DNA from: Squalus acanthias | Taxonomy: Eukaryota | Length of the DNA stretch: 64,000 nt | Reading direction: 5' to 3' | NCBI GenBank assembly: GCA_030390025.1 | Contig: CM059431.1 | Coordinates: 114,392,001-114,456,000 of the forward strand | Shown: piece after piece, positions 12,484 through 25,536 of the stretch | Layout of the letters: each line of letters begins with the position of its first letter | Numbering within the stretch: position 1 is the stretch's first letter | Translations under genes and position numbers: made by a program | Notes under the pieces: generated by a model | Told to the model about the DNA's origin: nothing | Seen by the model: only the letters and a program-made list of their open reading frames with translations | Database searches by the model: none

Positions 12484-12789
12484 ATCATCTCCTACTCTAA
12501 CTCGTTCTTTCCCAGGACCATAATACTGTAAAATTCCTTACTTTCCTCAGTCTTTCTTTCCTCCTACAACCTTCAAGCTTTCAAAACCTAGGTTGGCATT
12601 ATCTAACTACTTCCTGATGTTTACAGCATGGAAAGAGACAATTTGGCCCGTAAGAGATTTCTAGTCTAATTTCCACTCTACTGCTCAGTCCCCTTTAATA
12701 TTCCCCTTTTTCAAGAAATGATCTAATTCCCTTTTAAGATAATTTATAGATTCTGCTTTCACAATGGCTTGTAGTTCTAACCACCCTCT

Positions 12790-13110
12790 GTGCACTTGTA
12801 TGCTGTACTGTACCAGTACTCGGTATTTGGCCTGTATTCTGTGCTGTACTCTTTATTTTGCATTGTACCCTTTGTTCTGCATTCTTTCTGTATTATTAGT
12901 GTATCCTGTTTTGTCTTATTGTAACTGTGTTCGGTATTCCACATTGTGTCTATGTTCAGCTTTCTACTCCTTATTTCCTATTGCACATGTATTCTGCATG
13001 ATACCTGTATTCCTATTTACTTTCTGTTCTGCAGAGTATCTGTATCATATCCTGCATTCTGTATTGCACCTGCATTCTGTACTTTTCTCAATTACTTTTT
13101 CAGTCTTGGT
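12790..13110. repeat. T-rich low-complexity degenerate repeat
   Basis: Recurrent TGTATT, TTCTGT and CTGCAT units. Confidence 0.6.
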
Positions 13111-13125
13111 GCTGTTCTGGACTAT

Positions 13126-16100
13126 AGGGGTAATTTAAACTCCCCCAGCCCAGCGGAAACCGGGCAAAGCAGGATTTAAAGTGGAGTGAGTCAATTTCCA
13201 ATTCTATTCCCACCCTGTAGTGATTTCAATGCCACTGTTTTTTGAATCAGAAGGGAGCAATGTTCACTGTTAAAATTTTTCCTGCGCGGGCCCTTTAAAT
13301 TTGTTGCGCGGCCGTGCATGCGCGGTAACGCTTCCAGCGGCAGCAGCAGGTGAACAGCCTGCGCGGGACCTCGCCTTTGATGGCCTTGTAAGATAAGTGA
13401 TGTCATTTCCTTTGTTGGGGCCAGGAGAAACAGGAGTGCTTCTCCGGGCCCCACAAGAAAAGTCCATGCCTCAGAAATAAAGTCTGGGCCTCTGTTGTCC
13501 CGGGCTCCCCTCCCCCCTCCTGCAAGACCCTGCTGAACCACCGCACCCCCCCCCCCCACCTTCCGCCCCCCCCCACCACCCAACTACTTATCTGAGTGTC
13601 ATTGGGTGGCTCCAGGCATCTGCTCTTCAACTGCCGACAGCCGGTCAGCTGCCTCTTTCCGCTTGCTTCGGGCAGGCAGCTGACTGTTTTGGCGGCCGCT
13701 CCGGACCTGAGTTCCGTCACTTCTATCTCTCCCTTTTTCCTGTTTCTTCATTACCCTCCCCCAGCCTTCATGCCTCCTTTTCTTTCTCTGCCGTCATGTA
13801 CTCTACCCTCACTAACCCCCATTCTCCACCACTCATCATCCTTTCATTCTCCTGCCGCTGCTCAAGACTTGACTCCCTCCTAAATCATTCCACAGCTTCC
13901 TTCTGTGCCTCTCTTGGCATCCTTCGAAAGGCCCACCGAGGTACTTGTCGCTGCCTCCGAGCAAGCAGCAACCCAAATTGCCCTATCTTACTCTCTCCCC
14001 GCCCTAAGCGCCTGCTGCAGGCTAATCCCTCCAACCTCCTCCCTGTCCCTCCCTGCTTTGACCCTCTGGACTACGCCAGTATCATCGACCCTCACCACAT
14101 TTCCCTTCAAAATGTACGTTAACTTTTGAATAAAGGCCTTGTCATCCATGACCTTATAGCGGACGATCAAATTGACATCATGGCATTGACGGAGACATGG
14201 TTGAGGGGTGATGATACCTTTCCCCTTAATGAAGCTACCCCACCTGGCTATACTTTCCACCATATTCCACACCCAAACTGCTGTGGTGGTGTAGCCCTTA
14301 TATCTAAATCGCACCTTGGTCTGTCTCCCTACTGCTCCCGCAACTTCTCCTTTGAGCATTTCCACCCCTCATGTCACTCTTTAAAATCCTTATTCTGTAC
14401 CACCCACCAAAATACCACACCAATTTTCTCAATGAGATATCTTCTCTGCTTTCCTCCCTCTGCCTCTGCACCAAGCGACTTTGTATTCTTGGTGATTTCA
14501 ACCTCCATCTCAACTCATCTTGCTCACTCTCCTCTGAGTTCACTGCCCTCCTTTCCTCCCTTAATCTTTCACTTCATGTCAACTTCCCCACCCATATACA
14601 TGGCCACCCCCTTAATCTTGTCATCTCATGTGGCCTCATTATCCCCTCTATAACCATTACCGATAAGGCAATCTCCGACCATTTCCTTATATCACTCTCT
14701 ACCCATATTCCCCTTCCCCCTCCTAAACCCACCTTTTTGTATCCGCCCCTGGATAAAAACTCTCCCTGAAGTCTTTTACCACTGCACTTTCTAATTCCCA
14801 ACTACCTGGCCTTTGGCCTACTATTCTCCGTGACATCTCTGCAGCTACTGACTTACTAAATCACACCATCACACCATCTTTGATTCCCATTGTCCCCACT
14901 AAAATCATTACACTCTCTCACCCTAGTCATTCTTTCTGGTATACCCTTCATCTCTGCTCCCTTAAGTCCAAGGGACGCAGACTTGAATGACTTTGACGGA
15001 CAACTGATCTAATCATCCATCACCAGATTTGGCTAGATCGTATAAAACGCTATCGGGTCCTCTCTCCATCACTAAAACTGCCCACTATTCTAAGCTCATC
15101 CAGGACAGTAAAAATAACACCAGACTTCTCTTCTCCACCACTAACGGTCTTCTCAAACCACCTTTCCCTGCCTCCTCCTCCCTCAACTCCAAAAATAAAT
15201 GTGAGGAGCTCATGGACTTCTTTGTTAAAAGATCAGCATCATCTGCTCAACTGCTTCTGCTTTCAATTCCCTCCCTTCCCTTAGCCCACTGGACTTTATT
15301 CCTCTCCATTTTCCCCCTGCCCTAACCCTAAATTTGCATATTTCTCTAATTTCTCTCCTATCTCCCTGCTTGCCCTTTCAAAGTTCATCTTGTCAATGAG
15401 CCCAACCTCCTGCTCCCTCGACCGTATTCCTACTAAATTGCTGACAACCCAACTTTCCTTCCTGGCTCCCATGTTAGGGGATATTGTTAGCGGTTCTTTC
15501 TCCTCCGGTATTGTCCCCCTTTCCTTCAAATCTGCTGTCATCATCACTCTCCTCAAAAAAAACAACCCTCGACCTCTCCGCCCTTGCAAACTATCACCCC
15601 ATCTCCACCCTCCCTTTCCTCTCCAAAGTCCTTGAACGTGTTGTCGCCTCCCAAATCCGTGCCCATCTTTCCTAGAACTCCTTGTTTGAATCCCTCCAAT
15701 CAGGCTTTTGCCCCTGCCACAGTACTGAAACTGCTCTTACCAAGGTCACAAATGACATCCTAATTGACTGCGACAAAGGTAATCTATCCCTTCTCGTCCT
15801 TCTGGACCTGTCTGCAGCCTTTGACTCGGTTGACCACAAAATTCTGCTCCAATACCTCTTCACTGTCATCAAGCTGGATGGGACTGCACTCGACTGGTTT
15901 AATTCCTATCTTTCCAACCATAGCCATAGAATCACCTGCAATGGCTTCTCGCCACAAGCTCCATTCCCTTTTCACTGATTCGATCCTCTCTCCCCGGCAA
16001 CTGTGCAAGGCTGACCAAGTCTGTTCGCAACCTTGGTGTCATATTTGATCATGTATTGAGCTTCCTACCTCATATCCGTTCTATCACTAAGACTGCCCAT

Positions 16101-16850
16101 TTCCACCTTCGTAACATCGCCTGTCTCCGCCCTGACCTCAACTTATCTGCTGCTGAAACCCACATTCATGCCTTTATCACCTCTAGACTTGACTATTCCA
16201 ACGCACTCCTGGCCGGCCTCCCGAGTTCTACCCTCCATAAACTTGAGGTCATCCAAAACTCTGCCGCCCGTGTGCTAACTCACACCAAGTCCCGCTCACC
16301 CATCTCCCCTGTGCTTGCTGACTTACATTGGCTCCCAGTTAAGCAACGCCTCGATTTTAAAAGTCTCATCCATGTTTTCAAATCCCTCTAATGCCTCGCC
16401 CCTCCTTCTCTCTGTAATCTCCTCCAGCCCTATAATCCCCCTAGACCTCTGCGCTCCACCTATTCTGGACATTTGAACATCCCCGATTTTAAATACTCCA
16501 CCATTGGCGGCCGTGCCTTCAGCTGCCTAGGCCCTAAGCTCTGGAATTCCCTCCCTAAATCTCTCTGCCTCTCTACCTATCTTTCCTCCTTTAAAACTCT
16601 CCCTAAAACCTACCTCTTCAACCAAGCTTTTGGTCATCTGCCCTAACACCTTCTTATATGGCTCGGTGTCAATTGTTTTTTTTGTGATAACGCTCCTGTG
16701 AAGCGCCTTGGGATGTTTTATTATGTTAAAGGCATTATATAAATACAAGTTTTTGTTGTTGTTGTTAAAGTGGGCCGGGCCTCTCACTGCCATTCTTGGC
16801 CATGCCACTCTCTCACCCAGCCAGCTTCCTGCTCGGGTATCAAAATTCCT
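13126..16850. mobile_element. Harbinger-type MITE split by an L2 insertion (13126-13700 plus 16766-16850)
   Basis: Left end GGGGTAATTT. The AGGAGTGCT..TCCGGGCCCCACAAG motif is shared with 62650-62690. MITE-like sequence ending AAAATTCC resumes after the L2 tail. Confidence 0.55.
13700..16765 (+). mobile_element. L2 LINE, near-full ORF2 pseudogene with the RT core deleted
   Basis: APE motifs: LQNVR, DIMALTETWL, LGDFNLH, SDHFL. RT motifs: PISTLPFLSKVLE, QSGF, LLDLSAAFD. C-terminus SRLDYSN, LHWLP. Tail AAGCGCCTTGGG...TATATAAATACAAG(TTG)n. The PQG/YADD region is missing at 15950. Confidence 0.92.
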
Positions 16851-16999
16851 TTTCTGACTTTTGGCCCTTTACCTTGGCTTTTCAATTCAAAAAGAAATTA
16901 GCAGAGACATGAGATCAGCTTTTGGAAATTAATTAAATAAGCACTTGTGCATGTTTTCACAAATCAAATGAGTGCTGGATCCTTCAGTTCTTTGACTCT

Positions 17000-17268
17000 G
17001 GCCTTTTGTCTGTACCCTTTCCCTTTACCCTGCCATGTTGACTGCACTCTCTGCCACTCCTTCCCTAACCCTCTTTGCCACTTTTTTTTCCTCCCTTAAA
17101 AGCCATCTCAAAACCCATCTTTTTGACCAGGCCTTCGATCACTCCTCCTAAATTCTCTCTCTCTCCATCATTTGCCATCCATTTCCCTGTCTATTTCTAT
17201 TTGTGAATTGCCTTGAGACATTTTTCTATATATTAAAGGCACTATATAAATGTAAATTGTTGTTGTAA
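17000..17268 (+). mobile_element. L2 3' fragment
   Basis: AAAACCCATCTTTTTGACCAGG...AAAGGCACTATATAAATGTAAATTGTTGTTG. Confidence 0.7.
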
Positions 17269-17649
17269 GGCTACAAAAATATTAGATTGTAAAAGTGCAC
17301 ATAAAGCCAAAGCTTAACCACACTTCAATATTCAATTTTCTCTTGTATTACTTAGTATTTCTTTTCTATTACTGAATGGAATTTGCCTAAATATGGTGCC
17401 AGTTGCTGTCCTGTTATTACCATGCAATATACATATGCACAATTTCTCTTTAGTCACAAATGTGAATTCACTAGACTGGCCGTGGACCTCCCCAGATATT
17501 GGGGAAAGTCTGTACAGTAAGGTTAACCAGACCTCAAAATGGTAGCTTCCCCAAACCTCTCCGCCTCTCCAGCTCCCTCTCTCCTCCTTTAAGATCCTCC
17601 TTAAAACCTGCCACATTGACTGTCCGAATTTTCCATTCTTTGGCTCGAA

Positions 17650-18175
17650 AAAAGATCTACTGCCCACTGGTCTCCCTCAATTTACGAGCAAATGGACAGT
17701 CTGCACTCCCACCCGAAATAGGCAGGATCCTTATTAAAATATTTAAATTGGGGTTGAAGGAGCCTTATGCAATTTTAAAGGGACCACCACAGACCACTCC
17801 AAAAAACTAACGAGAAAGTTATGGCATTGATTTGTGTGAGCAACAAGGAGAATGAGTGCTCCTCCTGGCCCCTCAAAAATGTTCCAGTCCACTGCCAGTC
17901 TGCCATGCTCCCCCTGCAATTGCACCCCTGCCTCCCGCACCCCTTTTAAGTGACAACTTCCAGCTTGGCTCCATGGAGGAGCTGCTGCATTTTAGAGCCC
18001 CTCACCCTGCCAATTGGGAGCTACCTGTCAGCTCACATTGAGTGCTGGAAGCTTGCCGATCACATTGAAATGGGGCCTGACCATGAAATGGTTTGGACCT
18101 CTCGCTAGTACCATCGGGCGTGTGGTGCGGTGCGATCGTTCCTCCCAATGCCCACCCGGGCCACGATTTCACCTA
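17650..18175. mobile_element. Degraded MITE remnant
   Basis: Ends CGATTTCACC. Contains an AGGAG..GTGCTCCTCCTGGCCCC motif like other MITEs in the window. Confidence 0.45.
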
Positions 18176-19456
18176 CTGAAACATTACTGCAAAGCCACAC
18201 TCAGCCTCACCCTGCTGTGCCACTCATCACGTCCCCATCGCTCTGCCTTCCCTACCCTACTCCTGCAAATCCTCACTCACACCGACTTACCTTACACCTC
18301 CACCCATCCCTCTCTCTCTATCTACATCAACACATCCCCATCTCACTAGCCACCCCACTCACTCACCCTCATTCTTGTCCAATCATACCAACTAACAACA
18401 CACAAGGATAGGCACTTGGGTGTTTTTGCCAATGTTCATGTAAAGTTTCTGTTGATATGTTGCCAAATATTGAAATCTTTATTTTTCACACTTTGCCTTC
18501 TTGGGCAGATCTGTGTGCACCTTTGGAAGTGGCTTAGTGAGTTGCAGTGAATGGTGAGACATAAATTTACCTCCTGCAATGGTGATGAGTGTGAAAGGAA
18601 TGGCTTGGGCATTGTAGGGATGCTTTATGGTGCTGGTGTGGGGTGGTGCCAACCTGGCACATCATGTGGCAGCCAGGTTGTACATCATCAAGTGAAGTAA
18701 ATGTGGCCATGGTGAGGCCATCCCTGGTGTCCCAGGCAACAATGTGGTCGGGTGCTGATGCCCTGTGTCCTGTGTAGCATCAGGTGATACGGAGCAGGCT
18801 GGTGTTGTTGTTGGTGATGTTGGTGTGCCTGGTGATATTGGTGTTGGGGCTGATCATGGTGGAATTCTGAGGACCAAGGTGAGATTTTGTCAAGGGCACC
18901 GATGCTGCCAGAATAGATGGCAGGTGGAGTTGAGATGACAGAAGCGATCTGTCAATGGTGAGAGCAGTTACTCCAAGGAGGTGACAGTGGTTAGAGAGTT
19001 TACTCCAAACACTTCCAAACTGCATAAAGCTGAAAAGTGTATTCCAAATCCTGAAGTCTCCAGCTTCTCAGATTGGAAAGTGAACAGCTGTGAAATGGTA
19101 GCTTTTATACCAATTTTGCAGCTGTCAACTATTCAGAGGAATGGAGAGTCATTGACAGCCCGACCTACTTACCTGGCATGATCCCCGAGCGCCGAGAACC
19201 TTGTGAAAAAGCTGGTAAAATGGTAAGTACATGGTAAAATGGTGTTTAAGTACATTTTAACAAGCTCTTAAGTGTTTGAATTGGCTCACCCGCCGCCGCT
19301 TGGTGTCGGGTCTGTAAAGCGCAGGCAGACCCGGCACTTGGGAAACTGAGATGGAGGCGGGTTGACAGCGGGATCCTGACCCGCTGTCAATCTTTCCGAT
19401 TTTGACAGCGGACCTGCCTCCGGACCTGCCCTCTGAGCCCCGGCAAAATTCCGGCC
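18176..19456. mobile_element. Second, left-truncated copy of the 9172-10987 Harbinger element
   Basis: Long colinear similarity. Right TIR GGCAAAATTCCGGCC. Confidence 0.85.
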
Positions 19457-20404
19457 CCGGTGTGGACTATATCAGAAAATCAGCCCCATGCAGTCTGTGA
19501 TTATCAATATGAGTCCGTGGGAGGTTCTGTTAATCACTTTATTAAATCTAATAAATGATCGCGATTATACGGTGCGATCTATTATGGATACTTTTTGGGG
19601 AGTTCACATAGTGAAGATCCTCATTTAAGAAAGTTATTTACGTATAAAAATTATAGTTCGAAATAAAATGTAACCTAGGTGCAGTGTGAGTATTAGCTGC
19701 TTGTTTTGTGGAATGTCATTTCTAGGCACTGGGAATTTTTGTAAATTATGGGTCGTCGCGATGGTGCTTTGTGCAGCAGTCACTTTATTTGTCTCTGTTT
19801 AAAGCTAAGATTCTCAGCCAGCCCTCCCCTGCTGACATCCTCCAGGCAAAAGCACAGCAGATGATAGGCAGCTGGTGAATGGACCTCGGGCCACTCTCAG
19901 CTCACATGATCCCTGTCAGCTGCAAAAACAGCACAGTCTTGACACGGAGCTGGGGGTTAATTACCACTTTATTCACCGGCAATTTAACCCAGCAGGTAGA
20001 TGTGAAAGAATGAAGTGCTTCTTCCACGATTCACAAAAACACATATTATTCCACTTTAACTAATTATTCTGGCTCTTTTAATACACTGTTCAGAATTTAC
20101 ATTTTAAGTTGAAATATCTACAATGGTTTCCTCCAGGGCTCTGATTTTATGGCCAGTAAAATCACTGCTGGGTCAATACATACTGGGTAGTTCACAAAAT
20201 ATCGGCTTTATCAATGATAAACTTCATCTGCTAATGCAGACAATTTAATTGATTGGTTCTATATTATAAAACAAATTCTGCTTAATCAGTTATTGGGTCG
20301 CAGGCAGCACCAACCTTCAAACCTTGAGTTTTCACAATGATATTATGGACTCCAAACACAGTGTAGGATGTTAGCAAGAAATTGCATTGGATTTTAAAAG
20401 AATA

Positions 20405-20525
20405 ATAATGTGAACTGCTGGAAATCTTAAATAAAAACCGAAAATGCTATAAATACACAGCAGGTCAGTCTGCATCTGAAGGACCAAGACAGGCTAACAT
20501 TTTGATAAGGGAAACGTTAACCGAT
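20405..20525. mobile_element. Degraded Penelope-derived mini element
   Basis: GCTGGAAATCTTAAATAAAAACCGAAAATGCT...CAGCAGGTCAG...GAAACGTTAAC. Confidence 0.6.
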
Positions 20526-20547
20526 TTAAAATAACCATCAAATGAAC

Positions 20548-20970
20548 ATGTTCAGCTGTGGCTCAGTGGCAGCCCTCTCGCCTCAGAGCCAGAAGGTTGT
20601 GAGTCACACTCCAGAGACTTGAACACAGATTCCACAGAGGGAGTGCTGCACTGTCGGTGGTGCCATCTTTCGGATGAGACACTAAACCGAGGCCCCTCTC
20701 AGGTGGACGTTAAAGATCCCACGCCACTATTTCGAAGAAGAACAGGGGAGTTCTCCTTGTTGTCTTGGCCAATATTTATCCCTCAACCAACTGATTATCA
20801 GGTCTTTACCTCATTGCTGTTTGTGGGAGCTTGCTGTGCGCAAACTGGCTGCCGCATTTCCCACATTGCAACAGTGGCTACACTTCAAAAGTACTTCATT
20901 TGCTGTAAGTGCTTTGGGACATCCTGAGGTCATGAAAGGCATTATATAAATGCAAGTCTTTCTTTCTTTC
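20548..20970 (+). mobile_element. DeuSINE copy with internal deletions
   Basis: CAGCTGTGGCTCAGTGG head, Deu core and (CTTT)n tail. Confidence 0.88.
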
Positions 20971-21164
20971 ATTCTCTACTAATGTTGTTCATAGCCATTT
21001 CTAGTCTTATATCTCATTCCCCTTTAACTTTGGACACATGGGGCAAGGTTTCCACTGCTTACTTTTTACAGCAGAATCATAAATGCATTCTTTATACATG
21101 TATTTATAAGTTTGCTATAAATAACAAAGAGGAAATCTTCTCCCACAATTATTATCAATGTTAA

Positions 21165-21912
21165 ATATCTGAGTTTTCGCTTTGGGTGCAATCGGTGATT
21201 CCAGCGGCAATTGCAGCCAAAATTGCCTCCCATTTTTAAAAGTCTTTTCTCCCCTGAGTTTCTGCTCAAACTCATTTGCATATCGGCGAATGCAAAATCT
21301 GCCATGAACCAGCGCAATCGGGCAGCGTTTTAAAAACATAATTTAGAAAAAAAAATTGCTTTAAGAAATATTCCTTGACATATTAAGAGTGGTAACTCGG
21401 TAAAGTTTGATTAATACAGCTGAAAATGGGTTTATCACAAAAAATAAGCATTTTAAATCTCAGTGTCAATCCTCCACCTGTGAGTAATCCGATTTTAAAT
21501 GACTGAAAATGACTTAAAAACATATACAAAACTATTTTCTAGTTAGATTGGGGTACAGCAGTGAGTTCCTTAGTAATTTTTTACTAAACCTTTGAAAACA
21601 TACCTATTAGTGTCCTTACGCCCAAAAGTTCCAGCTTAATATTTGGAGGCTCCTCAAAGGCCCGCAAATTAGCGCAATTAGTGGAAACTCGCCATGGTGA
21701 TTAATTCACTCTGGAGGCGTGGCCTGTTTTGTGGGCGGGGCCTGCTTCTAGCACGATGTTTCTTAAACCGGCGCAAAAGATGGCGGAAACTCGAGTTGCG
21801 CTGAATGCAATTTGCCCTTAAAATTCCAGAATCTTTTGTACCGGTTATGCCGATATCGGGTGAAGTTGCGTGTTAAAAAAAACCAGCGTAATCGAGTGAA
21901 AACTCCAGGCCC
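21165..21912. mobile_element. Harbinger-type MITE
   Basis: Left GAGTTTTCGCTT pairs with right GAGTGAAAACTCCAGGCCC. GC-rich arms around an AT-rich centre. Confidence 0.6.
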
Positions 21913-22165
21913 TGGTAGTTTTGCTGATTTAAAACAACAGATTTCATTGTGCAATCAAATGTGTTCTGGTGTGATCCTACTCTCTCGTCAGTAATCCACT
22001 TTTGTTCCGTATTTTATCTTTGGTTTTTTATGTGTGCACCTCTCACAAGTTCATTTTCACAGTCTCTCACACGCACAGTCTCTCAAGTCTACACATTTTC
22101 TTACGTTCTCACTCACACAGGGTCTCTCTCGTGCTCTCATGCTGTAGAATCCTCCGAAAAACAAT

Positions 22166-23182
22166 GGCCTGGAAGTTGGATCATGTCTGAATCAGGGCGC
22201 GATCCCCGGTGCAACATACGCTGCCTGCGCCTAATGACACCAGCAGCAGGACCGCGGCAAATTGGTCAGCCGGCCTCATTAGGATAGTACCAGCGTGCTG
22301 CGGGCGTCATTCACAGCCCCAGAGGCAACTCGCCGGTCACGGAGCGGAGTGCGGGGAGGGTTGGGGGGGAGCGGCTGGGGCAGCAAGATTGGCTGACTTG
22401 GACGCCGGCCGAGATCCTCAGGAGAATCTACAAGATGCACTGCAGCAACTCGCCAAGGCTTCTTCGGCAACACCTCCCAAACCCGCGACCTCTTCCACCT
22501 AGAAGGACAAGGGCAGCAGGTGCATGGGAACACCACCACCTTCAAGTTCCCTCCAAGTCACACACCATCCTGACTTAGAAGTATATCGCCAATCCTTCAT
22601 CGTCGCTGGGTCAAAACCCTGGAACTCCCTCCCTAACAGCACTGTGGGAGTACCTTCACCACACGGACTGCAGCGGTTCAAGAAGGTGGCTCACCACTAC
22701 CTTCTCAAGGGCAATTAGGGATGGGCAATAAATGCTGGCCTTGCCAGCGACGCCCAGATCCCATAAGCAAATTTTAAAAAAATCTAGGGGTGAGAAAGGA
22801 AGGCAAGCGCGGGTGGCAGGGGGTGGTGGGGGGGTGGGGGGGGCTGCGTGCGAGTGGTGGCAGATTTAATGTGGAGCCAGAAGGAGCACTCTGGCTCCTC
22901 CTGGCTCCACATTAAGGTAAGTAAATCTTAGCTATCGGGTGGCAGCCTCCAGCAAACTCTTTAAGGGCCTGAAGTAACTGACTGCAACATGCTGCAATCA
23001 TTCTCAGTCCAATTTCGCAAAGGGGCCTGAAACAAGTATTAGGCCCCCAACGTGCAGAATTAATGGGACTAACATCAGTTTCAGGCGTGTTCATTGGACC
23101 CCTAGTGAACAGCTCGATCCAATATGGCATGGCGATGTGGAAAGAGTGTAAAACGGGAGCCGTGCAATCCAATTTCTAGGCC
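22166..23182. mobile_element. Harbinger-type MITE containing a LINE 3' end
   Basis: TIRs GGCCTGGAAGTTGG/CCAATTTCTAGGCC. Flanks AAT and ACT. Confidence 0.75.
22426..22780 (+). mobile_element. CR1-clade LINE 3' end (second family)
   Basis: SFIVAGSKPWNSLPNS...FKKVAHHYLLKGN*, then a 3' UTR with AATAAA. AATCTA occurs at both ends. Confidence 0.8.
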
Positions 23183-24965
23183 ACTGACTAAGTATTACAA
23201 GTGGTAGAAGAATGACATTTCTAATGAATGAAACATACCTTCAAGTTTAATTTGCAAAATATTTAAATATTGCAAAATCAATATTGTATGAATTATTTTT
23301 TCAGCAACAATGGGGAATTAAGAAGAAATTAACCTGTATTACCTTCTGCAAAAAGGTACAAATATGATTTTCCTTAGTCTGCTGCAGCCTATAAAATTTC
23401 ATTAAAAGAATGCACTCATTAAAATATTTCACTTCAATTAAGTCTTCATATTTCCGGAATTTCGATTATTTTCACACGTAATAAGAAGCCAACTTGGATG
23501 GAAACAGGTTGCATATTTCATGATATCTGTACATTTGTCAAAAGTTTCATCATTGATACTGCAATTGAATTTATCCTTTAATAATTTGGTTAGTGCCTCA
23601 GGCTCTGGAGGGAATAGTTTCTATCGCAAAAGCAGTATTGTACACGTGTGAAATGTTGCCAGCATGTAGGATGCCCTGGCACAACTTGAAACCCCAGCCC
23701 GTCAGCTCCTATGGAATAAATCAAATATTGCACTGGGGGATGGCGTGTTGCCTTTTCACTTGTACGGCATAATTTAATATATCACTTGTGCCTGCAGCAT
23801 TGGTGAGTTATAGGTCCTTCACAGCAGTGAAAGAACAATAGGATAGCCCTGTCGTCGGTATCATATCTGCTAGGAATTCTGTTAAACAAGCTGACTGAAC
23901 GACAAAGGCTTTAGCGCACTGTTTCCTGAAACAGATTTCATGGTGTTATGTGACTTTCTTAAAGAAACGAGAGACCTGATAGCATATGGTTGTGAGTAGT
24001 CACCAGATTTCACAGTACATGTGTTCCAGCTGGTCCCAGTATTCAAGGCTATGAACCAGGGCATGTCACATCTCTCCTATCTCCTGCCTCTGGCAGGTGT
24101 TTGTTAGGTGCCTGACTACTAAGTACCTTGTAATTAGCATGCCCTTGAGCGATGGCTGTCATCTTACATCTGTAACTTGCACGAGGGCACTGTTAACATC
24201 TTTATATTCATTTCTCTAATGTCCCGGACTTGGTTTTTTAGTGTAGTGCTGTCTGCAGCATCAGTGTTTGATGGATGAACCTCGAAGCAACCTCTAAACT
24301 GTATCACATAATGCTGGCTGTTCCCACTTTCATCTTCTAGGGGAGATATTGCTCGCTGCCACGATTCATCACCATTCCCACACATCAGATTGATGTTTTA
24401 AATAAAATAGTGCCATCAAAATGAAAAAAGAATTATGGTTCAAATGGGAAGGAGCCATTATGCTTCCTTCTGAACTAGTCTTAATACTTATTTATGCATT
24501 ATACTACAATTTTCTGTAGATGAGTCCAGGAGAGAGGCAAGAAGAAGAGGCACTCTCTTGCCCGAATATTAATACTGATAAATGTCAGTGAGATCATCTC
24601 AATTCTGCTCACCTCTGTCCCAGGCTTTTAGAAAGAACTTACATTACAATCTTTCACACAAAAAAGTGAAATTTATACACCTTTTTGACAATATGTGTGT
24701 TTTCAATATGTTTCTTCCTTGCTCTTGCTCGATATGTCAAAATTAGATAGTCTGATAGTCAATCATAAATACAGTTTTTGTTATCAATATTTTTTGACAT
24801 CTCTGGAAATGATCAATTTTTAAACTTCAAATTGATAAAAAGCATAAAGCCCTCTTTACAGGGGAGACTTTGAATTACCTGTTATACATAAATTCCAAAT
24901 CACCTTTCACAGTCTTTAGTGTTGCTCATCCTCATTAAGTCATAAAAGTGCAAAACCACAATTTC

Positions 24966-25400
24966 ATAGAATCATAGAATGGTTACAGCACAGAAGGAGC
25001 TCATTTGGCCCGTCGAGCCTGTGCCAGCTCTCTGTAAGAGCACTTCAGCTAGTCCCACTCCCCCCACCCTTTCCCCGGAGCCCTGCAATTTTTTTTTCCT
25101 TCAGGTACTTATCCAATTCCCTTTTGAAAGCCGCGATTGAATCTGCCTCCACCTCCCTTTCAGGCAGTGCATTCCAGATCCTAACCACTCGCTGTGTAAA
25201 AAAGTTTTTCCTCATGTCGCCTTTGGTTCTTCTGCCAATCACCTTAAATCTGTGTCCTCTGGTTCTCGACCCTTCCATCAATGGGAACAGCTTCTCTCTA
25301 TCTACTCTGTCTAGATCCCTCATGATTTTGAACACCTCGATCAAATCTCCTCTCAACCTTCTCTGCTCTAAGGAGAACAACCCCAGCTTCTCCAGTCTAT
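24966..25400 (-). mobile_element. CR1 LINE 3' end
   Basis: FSLEQRRLRGDLIEVFKI...TRGHRFK...FFTQRVVRIWNALP, with an (ATTCTATG)n tail. Confidence 0.95.
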
Positions 25401-25536
25401 AATTTGTTTCATTTTATTAAGAAAAATAAATGAAACTCAAAGAAATTACCCATTGATACAAGTGCTTGCCGTTTGCAAGTACGTTGTACAAATAATGTTA
25501 AAAAGAAGCGTACCTTCAAAACTAGCTCCTAAGAGA

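Noticed and set aside
19166..19178. TACTTACCTGGCA matches the U1 snRNA 5' end
   Set aside because: Similarity does not extend further. It is a consensus splice donor on the opposite strand inside a transposon.
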